Below, piece after piece: positions 55,212 to 64,000 of a stretch of DNA of 64,000 nt (positions are counted from its first letter, which is position 1; each line of letters opens with the position of its first letter). The stretch lies in NCBI GenBank assembly GCA_000004985.1, contig GG738898.1; one strand, given 5' to 3'. The notes beneath the pieces were generated by a model. The model saw only the letters and a program-made list of their open reading frames with translations. It was not told where the DNA came from and searched no databases. This DNA is from Naegleria gruberi (lineage: Eukaryota). A program made the translations under genes and the position numbers.

Positions 55212-56544
55212 TTAACATATATGTTCATCAACGAATGTGATATCTTTGACAATACCAACTACACACACACAACCATTATCCCTCATTATAAACTTTCCAA
55301 GTTTAGGAATATTTTGTAATGTTTCAAGAGAGATTGGATTGTCAGGTTTCAGTAAAACACGAGCAACCTGGCCACGTCTAAGTTCTGATGGGTTTTCTTT
55401 CCTTTCAGTCTTTAATGGCATTTTGGAGCATTCATAAAACTGTATGAATTGACATCTGGTTTGTAGTGAGTGGCAGTGAAAAGTGGGTTTGTAACCAATC
55501 TTGATTGCTGTTCGTTTCAATACGATAATCTCTGCCTTGAAACATAGCACTTCTCGAGCAGGATCATTTCTACTGTCTGACAATACCATTCCAGACTTTA
55601 CATCTGAACGGCGCACATTTTGCAGTTTGATTGTTACAAACTGACCTGCTTTTGCTTCACTGACACGTTCCCTAAAAATTTCAATGGATTCAATGGTAAC
55701 ATGGGGAACTTTCTTGTTGGGTGTACATCTGAGTTTTGAGTCTAATTTCAATATTCCTGATTCAATTTTTCCAAACACAATTGGTTTGCCACGCTTGTTG
55801 TAAACCTTTGAAATTGGAATTCTAAGTGGTTTATCTTCAAGGTATGTTGGTATCTTTAGTGAATTGATAGCATCCAAAAGTGTTGGACCCTTATACCATT
55901 TCATATCGCAACAATCCACAACATTATCACCTGTCCAAGCAGAAACTGGTATCAACAAAGGATCTCCCTTGTATCCATGCATCTTGTAAATTTTACTCAT
56001 TTCACTATTTTGAATTTCCTTAAATTTTGTTTCCGAGTTTGCAACAAACATGCTATCCATCTTGTTTACACAAAAAATCAATTGAAACTCTCCTAAACTT
56101 TGAGTAGTCAATAATATCTCCTTAACGGTTTGTTGTTCCAAAGAACCAGATTCGGCATCCAAGACAATAATTCCAACATTTGCTTGTGATATTCCTCTAA
56201 TCATACTTTTTACAAACGGAGCAGCTTTCAATTTCTAAGTAAATTTCCAATAATTTCTAATAATTACCTGGAGCATCAATAATATTAATATGAAAATGTT
56301 TTGTCTCAGCCCTGCTATAGGCTAAATGTATACTTCTTCCTCTCCTTGTTTCTTCTCTTGTTCTGGACAGAACATTAGCATAGTGAGTTTTGGCAAATCC
56401 AAATTCTCTCGATTCAACTTGCAATCTTTCAATGATCGAATCATTAACCGTTCCGAGAGAATGTAGCAATCGTCCAGCCAATGTCGATTTACCAGAATCA
56501 ACGCGACCAAGAAACACAATGCTCAGTGTTGGCTTTTCAATCAT
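55212..56544 (-). CDS. eEF1A/HBS1-family translational GTPase (divergent). It has 2 exons, and the splice junction is ambiguous.
   Basis: Exon 1 from the ATG at 56544 reads MIEKPTLSIVFLGRVDSGKST (G1)...RGRSIHLA...HINIIDAPG and ends at 56268. The donor is GTAATT at 56267. Exon 2 (ending at 55212) reads ...FVKSMIRGISQANVGIIVLDAESG...CVNKMD (G4)... followed by EF-Tu-like domains II and III (GKIESGILK...VLKRTAIKIGYKPTFHCHSLQ). The only canonical GT-AG, phase-compatible acceptor is the AG at 56225-56226 (a 43-nt intron), which gives ...IIDAPAAPFVKSM, so DxxGH is lost. The upstream ORF extension (56545..56724) overlaps the preceding gene and was not used. Confidence 0.7.
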
Positions 56545-56674
56545 TTTTTTTTTGTAAAGTTTAGCAGCTGATCTGAGTATCAACAACGAATATAGAATCT
56601 GAATAGATTCGTTGTACAAGATAATAAACAGCACTACCAATTTTTTGTAAAGTTGTGAAATCTCTGAATACTTT

Positions 56675-58387
56675 TTATAAATAACTTGTCTCGGAATATT
56701 CAGAGAGCACTTCTTCCTCTGCATTATTCCAACTTGTACTGAGCTCTTTTTCAGCTTCTTTAGCCATTTCCATAAATTTTTCTCCTAATATTGTACACAA
56801 ATTATTGTAATGGAACATACTGCTAACACTATACAAGTTTGATGGCTTGAGCGAATCGACAACCTGTTCTTTACCAAATTTGTCAATCAATAGTTCTAGC
56901 CATTCTTTGTAACCAAACGTAGTTTCCTCATTCCACATATAATTATGAAGAATAATATAAGAACATAAGGATACTGTTTCGGTGGTTCCAGTCGATTTGT
57001 AGGTCCTTTCTATACATAAAGGGAAATCTAATGATTTGATCAAGTCAACTGGAACAAAAGGTGAATAATTAATACAAGAGAATAAAAATGATTGTTGGAG
57101 GTGTTTTGGAAGATTGTTAATCTCATTGTTGCTAGTATATTTTTGAAATATCTTATCAAATCTGTTTAACTTGTCATAAATAGATCTTCCATAGCAATAT
57201 TCTTGAGATGTGTCATTTCCATAATATTTTGTATAGGTGTCCATCAATAGTTCAATAATTTTGAAGACTTTTTGTTTGGTTTCATCTGACAATGTTCGTT
57301 CATCAAAACTATAATGGTGACCTTTATAACCTTTTGCTAGACATGATATAGATTGGTAAATGAAATCGACTTTGCACTGATTTGCAGGTTGAACGTTATA
57401 AGTAATATATCTAGATTTTTTCTTTTTGAACAAGTTTCTTTCTGTAAAGAACTTTTTTTGAAAGGTTTGATCAAATTTAAAGACTATTGCTAGTGTTTTT
57501 TCTAAAAAGTCCATGTAAGAGTTAAACGTGTCTTCAGTTAGTTGAACGTTGCCTTTAAATAGTAACGAATAGTAAATTCTCAAATAAGTAGAATGAAATT
57601 CCAACTCATGACGAAGATGATTCGAATAATCAAAAGCCCATTGAACTCTCCATTGGTGATCTTTGAGAATTTTCGGATTTCTTAAATTGATTTCTATGGA
57701 TTTTCTTCTCTTTTCTTCATCCCAAAAAGATGGCTTATTGGGCCTACGCATTGAGTTGTCCTCATAAGTAATTTCATCTGGATTATCAATTGGCTTTTCA
57801 ACTAATGTACATATTTTGATTGATTGTTTCAATGCTCTATCAATTCTATCTCTATACTCTTCATAAATATGAGGAAATTGCTCATTGCATTTAGCAATCA
57901 ACTTTCTCAGCTCACCTCTCAATTTACTCATACTGCTACCATTGGAAAGGACGTTTAATCGACTTCTAGTGTAGTAATGTCTTCTTACCCTCATTCTTCT
58001 TCCGTTACCAGTATTTCTTTGAGTTTCCAAAAGTGGCTTATAATTGTGTGAGTTATTTTCCTCATCATAATCATTCTCATTATTCACAAAAACAGATCTA
58101 TTTACAATTCGATCAATGACCAAATCTAATTGTCTAATTGTTAACTTTTCATTCAATAATCTGTAGAATAATCCTCCATCACGATTATTTTGTGAATTAA
58201 ATTCTGCAATATCGCATCCTATCAGTGCTGAAAATACACTTTTAGAAATGCCGAACAATTTAATTTTCTCTTGTTGATTGTTTGGTAGTGGAGGCAAATT
58301 GCTAATTGTTGAAGTCCGTAGCAATTCATCAAGAGTGAAAAATTGCAAAATAACTACCCATATATCTTGTGGAAGCTCGTTAACCAT
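56675..58387 (-). CDS. F-box-like hypothetical protein (570 aa)
   Basis: The N-terminal LPQDIWVVILQFFTLDELLRTSTISN is F-box-like. The rest has no known domain. Confidence 0.6.
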   Translation of the reverse strand: MVNELPQDIWVVILQFFTLDELLRTSTISNLPPLPNNQQEKIKLFGISKSVFSALIGCDIAEFNSQNNRDGGLFYRLLNEKLTIRQLDLVIDRIVNRSVFVNNENDYDEENNSHNYKPLLETQRNTGNGRRMRVRRHYYTRSRLNVLSNGSSMSKLRGELRKLIAKCNEQFPHIYEEYRDRIDRALKQSIKICTLVEKPIDNPDEITYEDNSMRRPNKPSFWDEEKRRKSIEINLRNPKILKDHQWRVQWAFDYSNHLRHELEFHSTYLRIYYSLLFKGNVQLTEDTFNSYMDFLEKTLAIVFKFDQTFQKKFFTERNLFKKKKSRYITYNVQPANQCKVDFIYQSISCLAKGYKGHHYSFDERTLSDETKQKVFKIIELLMDTYTKYYGNDTSQEYCYGRSIYDKLNRFDKIFQKYTSNNEINNLPKHLQQSFLFSCINYSPFVPVDLIKSLDFPLCIERTYKSTGTTETVSLCSYIILHNYMWNEETTFGYKEWLELLIDKFGKEQVVDSLKPSNLYSVSSMFHYNNLCTILGEKFMEMAKEAEKELSTSWNNAEEEVLSEYSETSYL

Positions 58388-58550
58388 TTTTTTTGAATGT
58401 TAAATTTCAGAAATTACTTGGTTGACTGACTAATTGTAACATGTACAATTATCTATCAGCAAACGATGAATGATTAAGGTGATTTGTTGTTGTTAAACAA
58501 TTGTTTCAGATCACCAATCATGTCTTGTCACTGTTAACAATCAAAAAAAA

Positions 58551-59708
58551 ATGTTTCACTTTAAACTGCACTCTGCCAGCAATCTTCCGAAAGCTGATAC
58601 CATTGGTTCGATCGATGGCTACGCATTAGTAAAGATACCAATTTCTGGTGGACTCTATACCGAATTCAAGACCTCTGTTGTGAAAAACAGTTATGATCCC
58701 AAGTGGAAATTTACTTGTCCAATAGTTCATAATCCTGACACTAGTAGAGATGTAATTGTTGTGATTATGGATCATGACAAGGTGGGCCAGAATGATTTTG
58801 TCTGCCACTGTAGAATTTCCTTTGTAAATTTGTTAACTCCGTGCAGAAAGAATACATGGAAGTTGGAGTGTGAAAAGGGTTTTTCTCCACAAAGAAAAGG
58901 TGAAGATTGTCTCATCAAATTCTCTTCGTGTCTTTCACCATCTTTTGAACAACTGGTTGAAAGTGTAAAATCAAAGAATGAGGAAACTATTGTTGACTCT
59001 GCCAAGAAGCAAATCTTGGTTAAAATTCCATCCACTGGTTATTATTTGAGAGCTAAATACGGAAAGAATTTATCCCTATCCATCTATGATACAATGCAAG
59101 AGAGAGCAGGATTGGCCGAATTTGTCATTCCTGAACACAACTCTATTGTGAAGAATCATTTCAGTTCATTGCCTGATACTTTGAATGGATTGAAGGTTTA
59201 CAGACAAATCAAATTGAAGAAACAATTAATTCCTTCAGATATCTCAAATATTCAAATTGGAATCTCTCAACTTTCAACAGTGTTGGAAACAAAGGAAGGT
59301 GATGTCACAAGGAATCATGGATGGACTGGATCATTCAGTTATCAAGAAGCCAAGAAGGTCCTCAAAAACGTCATTTGTGATGATGGTCCTCAAACCATCT
59401 ACATGATTGAGGATTACTTCTTTATCAAATGTGATTGGGATAGCTCAAATGGTGATGAAGTAATTGGTCTATTAGATCCATTCAAATCTCAAGGTTATCA
59501 TTTGGAAAACAAGTACAGCAGTAAGCGTGAATTCTATGTAAAAACATTTGCAAAACCAAAGAATGTACTCGGAACAGGAAAGACCTACTCCCTCACATCA
59601 GAAGTTAAGGATTTGGAGTATCCTTATTCCTTGTCCGATATTACCATCACTCTCTCCAAAAAACAAGATACTCAATGCTATCCTCTTTCCAAATTTTTAT
59701 CTCATTAA
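58551..59708 (+). CDS. C2-domain protein
   Basis: The N-terminus FHFKLHSASNLPKADTIGSIDGYALVKI...TSVVKNSYDPKWKFTCPIVHN...VIVVIMDHDKVGQNDFVCHCRISF fits the C2 beta-sandwich pattern (L.v.v..A.nL...D..G.sDpYv.v......kT.v...l.P.W.e.f.f.......l...V.D.D..g.dD.iG...i). The C-terminal 250 aa have no known domain. Confidence 0.75.
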   Translation: MFHFKLHSASNLPKADTIGSIDGYALVKIPISGGLYTEFKTSVVKNSYDPKWKFTCPIVHNPDTSRDVIVVIMDHDKVGQNDFVCHCRISFVNLLTPCRKNTWKLECEKGFSPQRKGEDCLIKFSSCLSPSFEQLVESVKSKNEETIVDSAKKQILVKIPSTGYYLRAKYGKNLSLSIYDTMQERAGLAEFVIPEHNSIVKNHFSSLPDTLNGLKVYRQIKLKKQLIPSDISNIQIGISQLSTVLETKEGDVTRNHGWTGSFSYQEAKKVLKNVICDDGPQTIYMIEDYFFIKCDWDSSNGDEVIGLLDPFKSQGYHLENKYSSKREFYVKTFAKPKNVLGTGKTYSLTSEVKDLEYPYSLSDITITLSKKQDTQCYPLSKFLSH

Positions 59709-60116
59709 TAATGCCACTATTAATAATTATTACCACTCCTACTATTTCATGTAATTGAATGAGGAGATTTGTTCCGTACTAGATTCATTCGATCACGTGA
59801 TGGCTATAATCTTAATAAATAACAATTTAATTTGTGAATTGATGAATATTTTTTTTACATTGCATCGTCAGAAGTGTTCCTTATTTTCATTTTCTCTTAG
59901 AACCTATTCGATGTGCAAGTAGAAGAGAATTTAATTGTATACAGTGTTGATCCCGATACAAATTAGGTGTTTGTGCTGTATCTCGATCATTTCTCAAACA
60001 AGTATGAAATCCGTCATTACGTTATCTCCTTCAAATTCAAACAAGATCATGGAAGGATCCAATTGGTTATTACAATTCATCAAAAAAACAAAACAACATA
60101 TTATCATATCCACAAA

Positions 60117-60846
60117 ATGTCCATCGATTATCAAGCCATTACAAATAAGTGGGAAGAAGCAGTTACACTTGCTCAATCCTATGAAAAGACACCAGAAAAG
60201 TTTACTGCATACAGCACTGGTGAAACTACTATTACTTATTGTGAACATACTGATGGTACTATTATTAAAGGAGAGGTAGGTTTATTTGTTAGCAGTTTCG
60301 AATATATTTAATGATCTTTCCGATAACTTGATGATCATCACAAAATTAATTTACAAATAGTGCATTGTTTTAAATTGCAAAGCTTCTGAATTAATTGCTG
60401 TTCTTGAAGTCACCGATCAAAATGTCAGAAAGCAATTCGATGCCAAAACTAAATCATTGCAAGTATTAGAAACCTTCAACCAAGACAATGGCAAATACAC
60501 TGTCAGACACTATGTCGTCACCTCTCCATCCATGATGGTCTCTGAACGTGATTTCCTCTATGTTGAACATCACAAAACCGAAGGAAATGTCACAACTTAC
60601 CTTACCACTTCCATTGATGGTTTATATCCAGAAGATAAGTGCACTCCAGTTGGTGTTAGAGCAACTAATATCTTTTCATATTTCAAGATGATTGAAGAGG
60701 GAGATGATTTGCACGTTGTCTTTTTGGGTCAAGCTAATCCTAATGGATGGATTCCAACTGCTGTTGCTAATCAAGTTGTTTATGAGAGACCATTGGGTGT
60801 TGTTAATGCTGCTAAACATATTGGAAAGTCCACTAAGGGTGTTTAA
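60117..60846 (+). CDS. START (StAR-related lipid-transfer) domain protein. It has 2 exons with an 85-nt intron at 60276..60360. The ORF is open upstream to 59967.
   Basis: Exon 1 (60117..60275) reads MSIDYQAITNKWEEAVTLAQSYEKTPEKFTAYSTGETTITYCEHTDGTIIKGE and ends GAG|GTAGGT. The acceptor is ACAAATAG. Exon 2 (60361..60846) reads CIVLNCKASELIAVLEVTDQNVRKQFDAKTKSLQVLETF...MMVSERDFLYVEHH...TPVGVRATNIFSYFKMIEEGDDLHVVFLGQANPNGWIPTAVANQVV.... These are the START hallmarks (PRDFv..r......g..v.....v.h...P......VRa...........i.........DPkG.iP..lvN). The frame is continuous from 59967, where a START-like fragment is duplicated. Confidence 0.8.
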
Positions 60847-60936
60847 ATAAACAAGTTAGCTCACAAACAATCTTAGCACTTTCGGTAATTCTTTTGAAAT
60901 ATCTATTCGAAAGTCCAATAAGTTTACAGAAATTGT

Positions 60937-61854
60937 TTAATATTTATTAATTCTCTTCTTTGGAAGAATAACTTGAATAGTACATTGTCTCAATTTGTCC
61001 TTCTTGATTTGATTCAAGAATTCTTGTCTTGTCTTTCTCCAATTATTCTTTGGTGCTTGAGTTGCTGATGAGGAGGAAGAATTCATTCTAATAATTTGCA
61101 ATTTCTTCAAATCCTTTTCACTCAACAATTTCTTCAAGTTGGTATTTCCACAGAATCTTTGGTGATGCTTCAAATAGGATGATCTGATGCATTTGTGGCA
61201 TTTGGAACATTCAGAAAATGTTTGTTTCTTTTGAATTGTTTCAGTTTGGCAGCTGGAAGTGTTGGTTGACTTGGATTCAGTTTGACATTCTTGATTTTTT
61301 ACAATTTTGGTGGAAGGATTTCTGATTAATTCTTTGAACAAGAGTTCCATTTGCATCAATCTACCCTTCAAGATGGAATTTTCTTCCTTGAGAGCTTTCT
61401 TTTCCTTTCTCAATGTTTCCAACTCATTATTGGAAACTTTCTTGGTAGACTTCTTGGCAGAATTCTTCTTGGCTTGTTCTTGTTGTTGCTTCAAAACCAA
61501 ATCAACTCTGATGGATTTTCTCCTCAAATATGGGAATGGACCTTGTGGTTTCTTATTAGAAACAGCAATTGGAGTTTCGTCAAAAGAGAATTGAGGAGCT
61601 GTTGAAGTGGAGAAACTGGTTTGTTGTTGAGTGAGAGTTGCTGGTTTACGAGTTGGAACGAGAATTGGAACGTTATCAAAGACTGATGACTTTGGAATAG
61701 TTTGATTTCTTCTAGTTTCGAATTCTTGCATAATCATTTTGCTTGTTTTTTTTGTGTTGTTGTTGATGCGTTGAGTGAATACTGTGAGGACGTTAAATAG
61801 CTGATTGTGATTTGATTCAAGTTGCCAATATTGGAAAGGAGGAAGGTCCATCAA
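60937..61854 (-). CDS. Basic coiled-coil protein with a C-terminal C2HC/C2H2-like zinc-finger motif
   Basis: A 305-aa ORF. LETLRKEKKALKEENSILKGRLMQMELLFKEL forms a heptad coiled coil. CSKCHKCIRSSYLKHHQRFC is a Cys/His finger. A Lys-rich tail follows. Confidence 0.55.
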   Translation of the reverse strand: MMDLPPFQYWQLESNHNQLFNVLTVFTQRINNNTKKTSKMIMQEFETRRNQTIPKSSVFDNVPILVPTRKPATLTQQQTSFSTSTAPQFSFDETPIAVSNKKPQGPFPYLRRKSIRVDLVLKQQQEQAKKNSAKKSTKKVSNNELETLRKEKKALKEENSILKGRLMQMELLFKELIRNPSTKIVKNQECQTESKSTNTSSCQTETIQKKQTFSECSKCHKCIRSSYLKHHQRFCGNTNLKKLLSEKDLKKLQIIRMNSSSSSATQAPKNNWRKTRQEFLNQIKKDKLRQCTIQVILPKKRINKY

Positions 61855-62032
61855 TACCTGTCACTTGCTTTTAACAAAATTCAAGGCAATTGTCAAAAAT
61901 AGACCTGTTCAAAGTAACCTCCCTCTTATACTTCCCTCATAATCTGGTTTATTAATAAAAAACATTAAGGAAATGTATTAAGGATGCTGTCTATAATGAA
62001 CATGTAAGGATACCATTGAACATGAAATGTAA

Positions 62033-62105
62033 GGGGATGTAGCTCACATGGTAGAGCGCTTCTTTAGCATGGAAGAGGTACGGGGATCGATACCCCGCAT
62101 CTCCA
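62033..62105 (+). tRNA. tRNA-Ala (anticodon AGC)
   Basis: The 73-nt sequence GGGGATGTAGCTCACATGGTAGAGCGCTTCTTTAGCATGGAAGAGGTACGGGGATCGATACCCCGCATCTCCA forms a cloverleaf. The acceptor stem is GGGGATG/CATCTCC and includes a G3:U70-type G-T pair. The anticodon stem is CTTCT/GGAAG with loop TTAGCAT. The T-arm is CGGGG-ATCGATA-CCCCG. Confidence 0.85.
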
Positions 62106-62399
62106 CTCTGATTTTTTTGTTTGGCTTAAATTTCTTATTAGGTGTTGGTGGAGCAAATTTGTTGAGCGGGAGGAGAATTTGGTGGGGTAGCCTGTTGACT
62201 AGAGGAAGAGAGCTGCTTTCATTTTCTTTAAGTCTCCCAACTCACTCTTTCCTCTGATCAAATTAAAATTGAAAAGCAAAGAACTTTTTCTATTTAAAAC
62301 TTTAAAAAAAATATTCAAATTGATTTGAACGTTTCTCGCTTTTTGAACAGCAACAGATTTTCAAAGTTCCATCAGTACACAGTATTTGATGGAGTAATA

Positions 62400-63934
62400 A
62401 TGGGGTCAAAATCATCAAAGGTGATCAAAACAAAACAACGACCACGTACAAATTCATCTTCTATTGTCATGACAGACCAACAATCATCAAGTACTCTTTC
62501 CGATCCTCAATATTGCAATCTTTCGAGTATTTATTCGGATCCTTGCCACTTATTTTCTGTGGCTACAAAGAAATTTGTCAGTGTTGATTTTCTGAAGAAA
62601 TTGGAGGGAAGAGTAGAAATCAAGGATTTTATTGGAGGCTCACAACATTTGTTTGTGTGGTTGGAGGATGATCCTTATGAAAATTTCATTCCCAACAAGG
62701 AATATATTGTCAATGTAAAACATAATTTGTATGGCACATTGGAAAATGATTATGGACAGTGTTCAGAGTTGACACCAAATCAAAAAGTCAAATTGGATTT
62801 GAAGGAGAGTGATTTTTTGGCAAAATTAAAGAAGGACAAGGATATTATAGCCAAGGCATCAAATCAAGTTTGGACTTTGAACAATTATTCATTCTTTCAT
62901 ATTATTACTAGAGGAGAATATAATATGGAACTAGTGCTCGGAAGTGGATGGAATAATGTTGGATGTTGCTCTGTTGGAGAAAGTACTAGTAGTATTGCTG
63001 AAGCAAGACCTGTTATATTCGATATTGAAGGAAATCATACACTCTTCTTGCCAGAAGGACAGGAAATTACGCATATTTGTACAGGGGTGAGTATCATTTG
63101 CTTCGTCAAAATATCTAATGATTTTAAAATTTGTAATTATATTTTTAGGGCTGTAACTCAATTATTGTCTCGAAAGATATTCACACAAATCAGCAATTTG
63201 TCTATGGATCTGGAGAAACTTTCCGTCATGTTAACTATGACTATGCTGCCACTTCACTGTTCACTTTGAATAAGCAAATGTGTCAGGATATAGGCTCTGG
63301 AAGATTCATTAAGAAAGCACTCTCAGGATATGGTTCAAGCCATTTTTTACTATCGGATGGTATTTTACTGACCTATGGAACCTATCCTCTGAGTAGATCA
63401 GGTCTCCATAAAATCGACTCTTCAATGATTCGACAAGAGACCATCTCAGATTTTATTTGCTACGAAGATTTGTTTGCAATTTTAACTAGAGAAGGAAATA
63501 TTTGGGTATCTTCAGCTGAAAGAGCATTGACTGTGAGTGAATTTGAACCAGGAACAATCGTTCAAATGGTACCTTCACTTAGATTCAATGCCATTACTTT
63601 AAGAACAAGAGATGATGATATTCTTCTCATCTCAGACAGAGATTTTGAAAACAGCCAGACGCTTAATGAGAAACTCTTACAACCTCTAACATTGGACTCA
63701 TTCATTACTCAAATGGGATTGACAGGAACTGAAGAAGATGAACGTAAATTAAGAACTCTTGCCAGATTAGCTCAATGCCAAGAATTTAGCATTTCAGTTC
63801 ATTGTCTACACAATTTTGTTATAGCTTTCAAACCAAATCAAAAGAAGAATGCTGCCAAGAAGAGAATGTTACAAAAACTCAAAGAACAATTACTTTCCTC
63901 ATCCAATCCTTTCCAAGATTTAACCTTTGTGTAA
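62400..63934 (+). CDS. Hypothetical protein with a predicted N-myristoylation start (MGSKSSK). It has 2 exons with a 62-nt intron at 63087..63148.
   Basis: Exon 1 ends ...EITHICTG, with the donor GTGAGT at 63087. The acceptor is TTTTTAG at 63148. Exon 2 starts GCNSIIVSKDIH... in the frame of ORF 63266..63934. An alternative upstream start lies at 62325. The ATG at 62400 gives MGSKSS, which fits the M-G-x-x-x-S consensus. Confidence 0.55.
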
Positions 63935-64000
63935 AAAATCACTGTAAATAATTATGCCTCTAAATTACATGTAATCTACTTGATCATTTGTAAAGATAAC

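Noticed and set aside
56225-56236. Alternative acceptor AG at 56235-56236 for the GTPase intron, which would keep FVKSM... in frame from the ORF-track start
   Set aside because: It is out of phase with the only available GT donor and would insert a stop. It is kept only as a hint that an indel may exist nearby.
56545-56724. 60-codon N-terminal extension of the translational GTPase ORF (MQRKKCSLNIPRQVIYKK...)
   Set aside because: It overlaps the 3' end of the upstream F-box gene on the same strand and is hydrophobic nonsense. The ATG at 56544 gives the canonical eEF1A-like start MIEKPTLSIVFLG.
1-64000. Prokaryotic interpretation of the window (operons, CRISPR, defence islands)
   Set aside because: The window has eukaryote-type tRNAs without encoded CCA, numerous GT-AG spliceosomal introns, and eukaryote-specific genes (G-alpha, UBA5, SAS6L, PX, START, RhoGAP). 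No CRISPR-like repeat-spacer array or rRNA is present.

Overview
This 64 kb window is eukaryotic nuclear DNA, not prokaryotic. It looks like an AT-rich (roughly one-third GC by eye), very gene-dense draft scaffold. There are four N-runs: 1..795, 4707..4895, 48608..48657 and 53453..53502. I call about 40 protein-coding genes on both strands and three cytoplasmic-type tRNA genes: Glu-TTC, Pro-TGG and Ala-AGC. At least 16 short spliceosomal introns (39-133 nt, median about 50) can be reconstructed by hand where conserved domains are split across ORFs. Most donors are GTAAGT-like, one is GTTTGT, and acceptors are YAG. Same-strand intergenic spacers are often only 30-130 bp, and three convergent gene pairs have stop codons 12-23 bp apart.

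Gene content is dominated by signalling and regulatory proteins:
- a G-protein alpha subunit
- two protein kinases, one with a C-terminal SPRY domain
- a RhoGAP
- a SAM-domain protein
- a PX-domain protein
- a C2-domain protein
- a START-domain protein
- five F-box-like/LRR proteins
- Sel1-repeat proteins
- a DUF4116-repeat protein

Housekeeping and organelle-related genes include UBA5, a RAD51 paralog, a half-size ABCB transporter, an eEF1A/HBS1-family GTPase, an Rnl-type RNA ligase-like gene and a SAS-6-like (PISA-domain) gene.

A sub-cluster at about 24.9-39.3 kb holds intron-containing enzymes of bacterial-like families: acyl-CoA synthetase, trypsin-like protease, PhoPQ-activated-pathogenicity-related hydrolase, NHL-repeat protein, SRPBCC protein, an SDR and a PNPOx-FNR oxidoreductase.

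The organism cannot be identified from sequence alone. The combination of SAS6L, many F-box/LRR and G-alpha/kinase genes, tiny introns and about 35% GC suggests a flagellated amoeboid protist such as a heterolobosean, with low confidence.

The most interesting observations are:
- a possible G-alpha to kinase read-through through a perfect 50-nt intron
- a G-alpha with the catalytic Gln replaced by Glu
- a translational GTPase whose only canonical splice destroys the DxxG motif
- three frameshifted conserved genes, which are either assembly indels or pseudogenes
- a scaffold gap that decapitates two divergent enzyme genes, one of them an unusual fusion of an ALO-like oxidase tail with a methyltransferase
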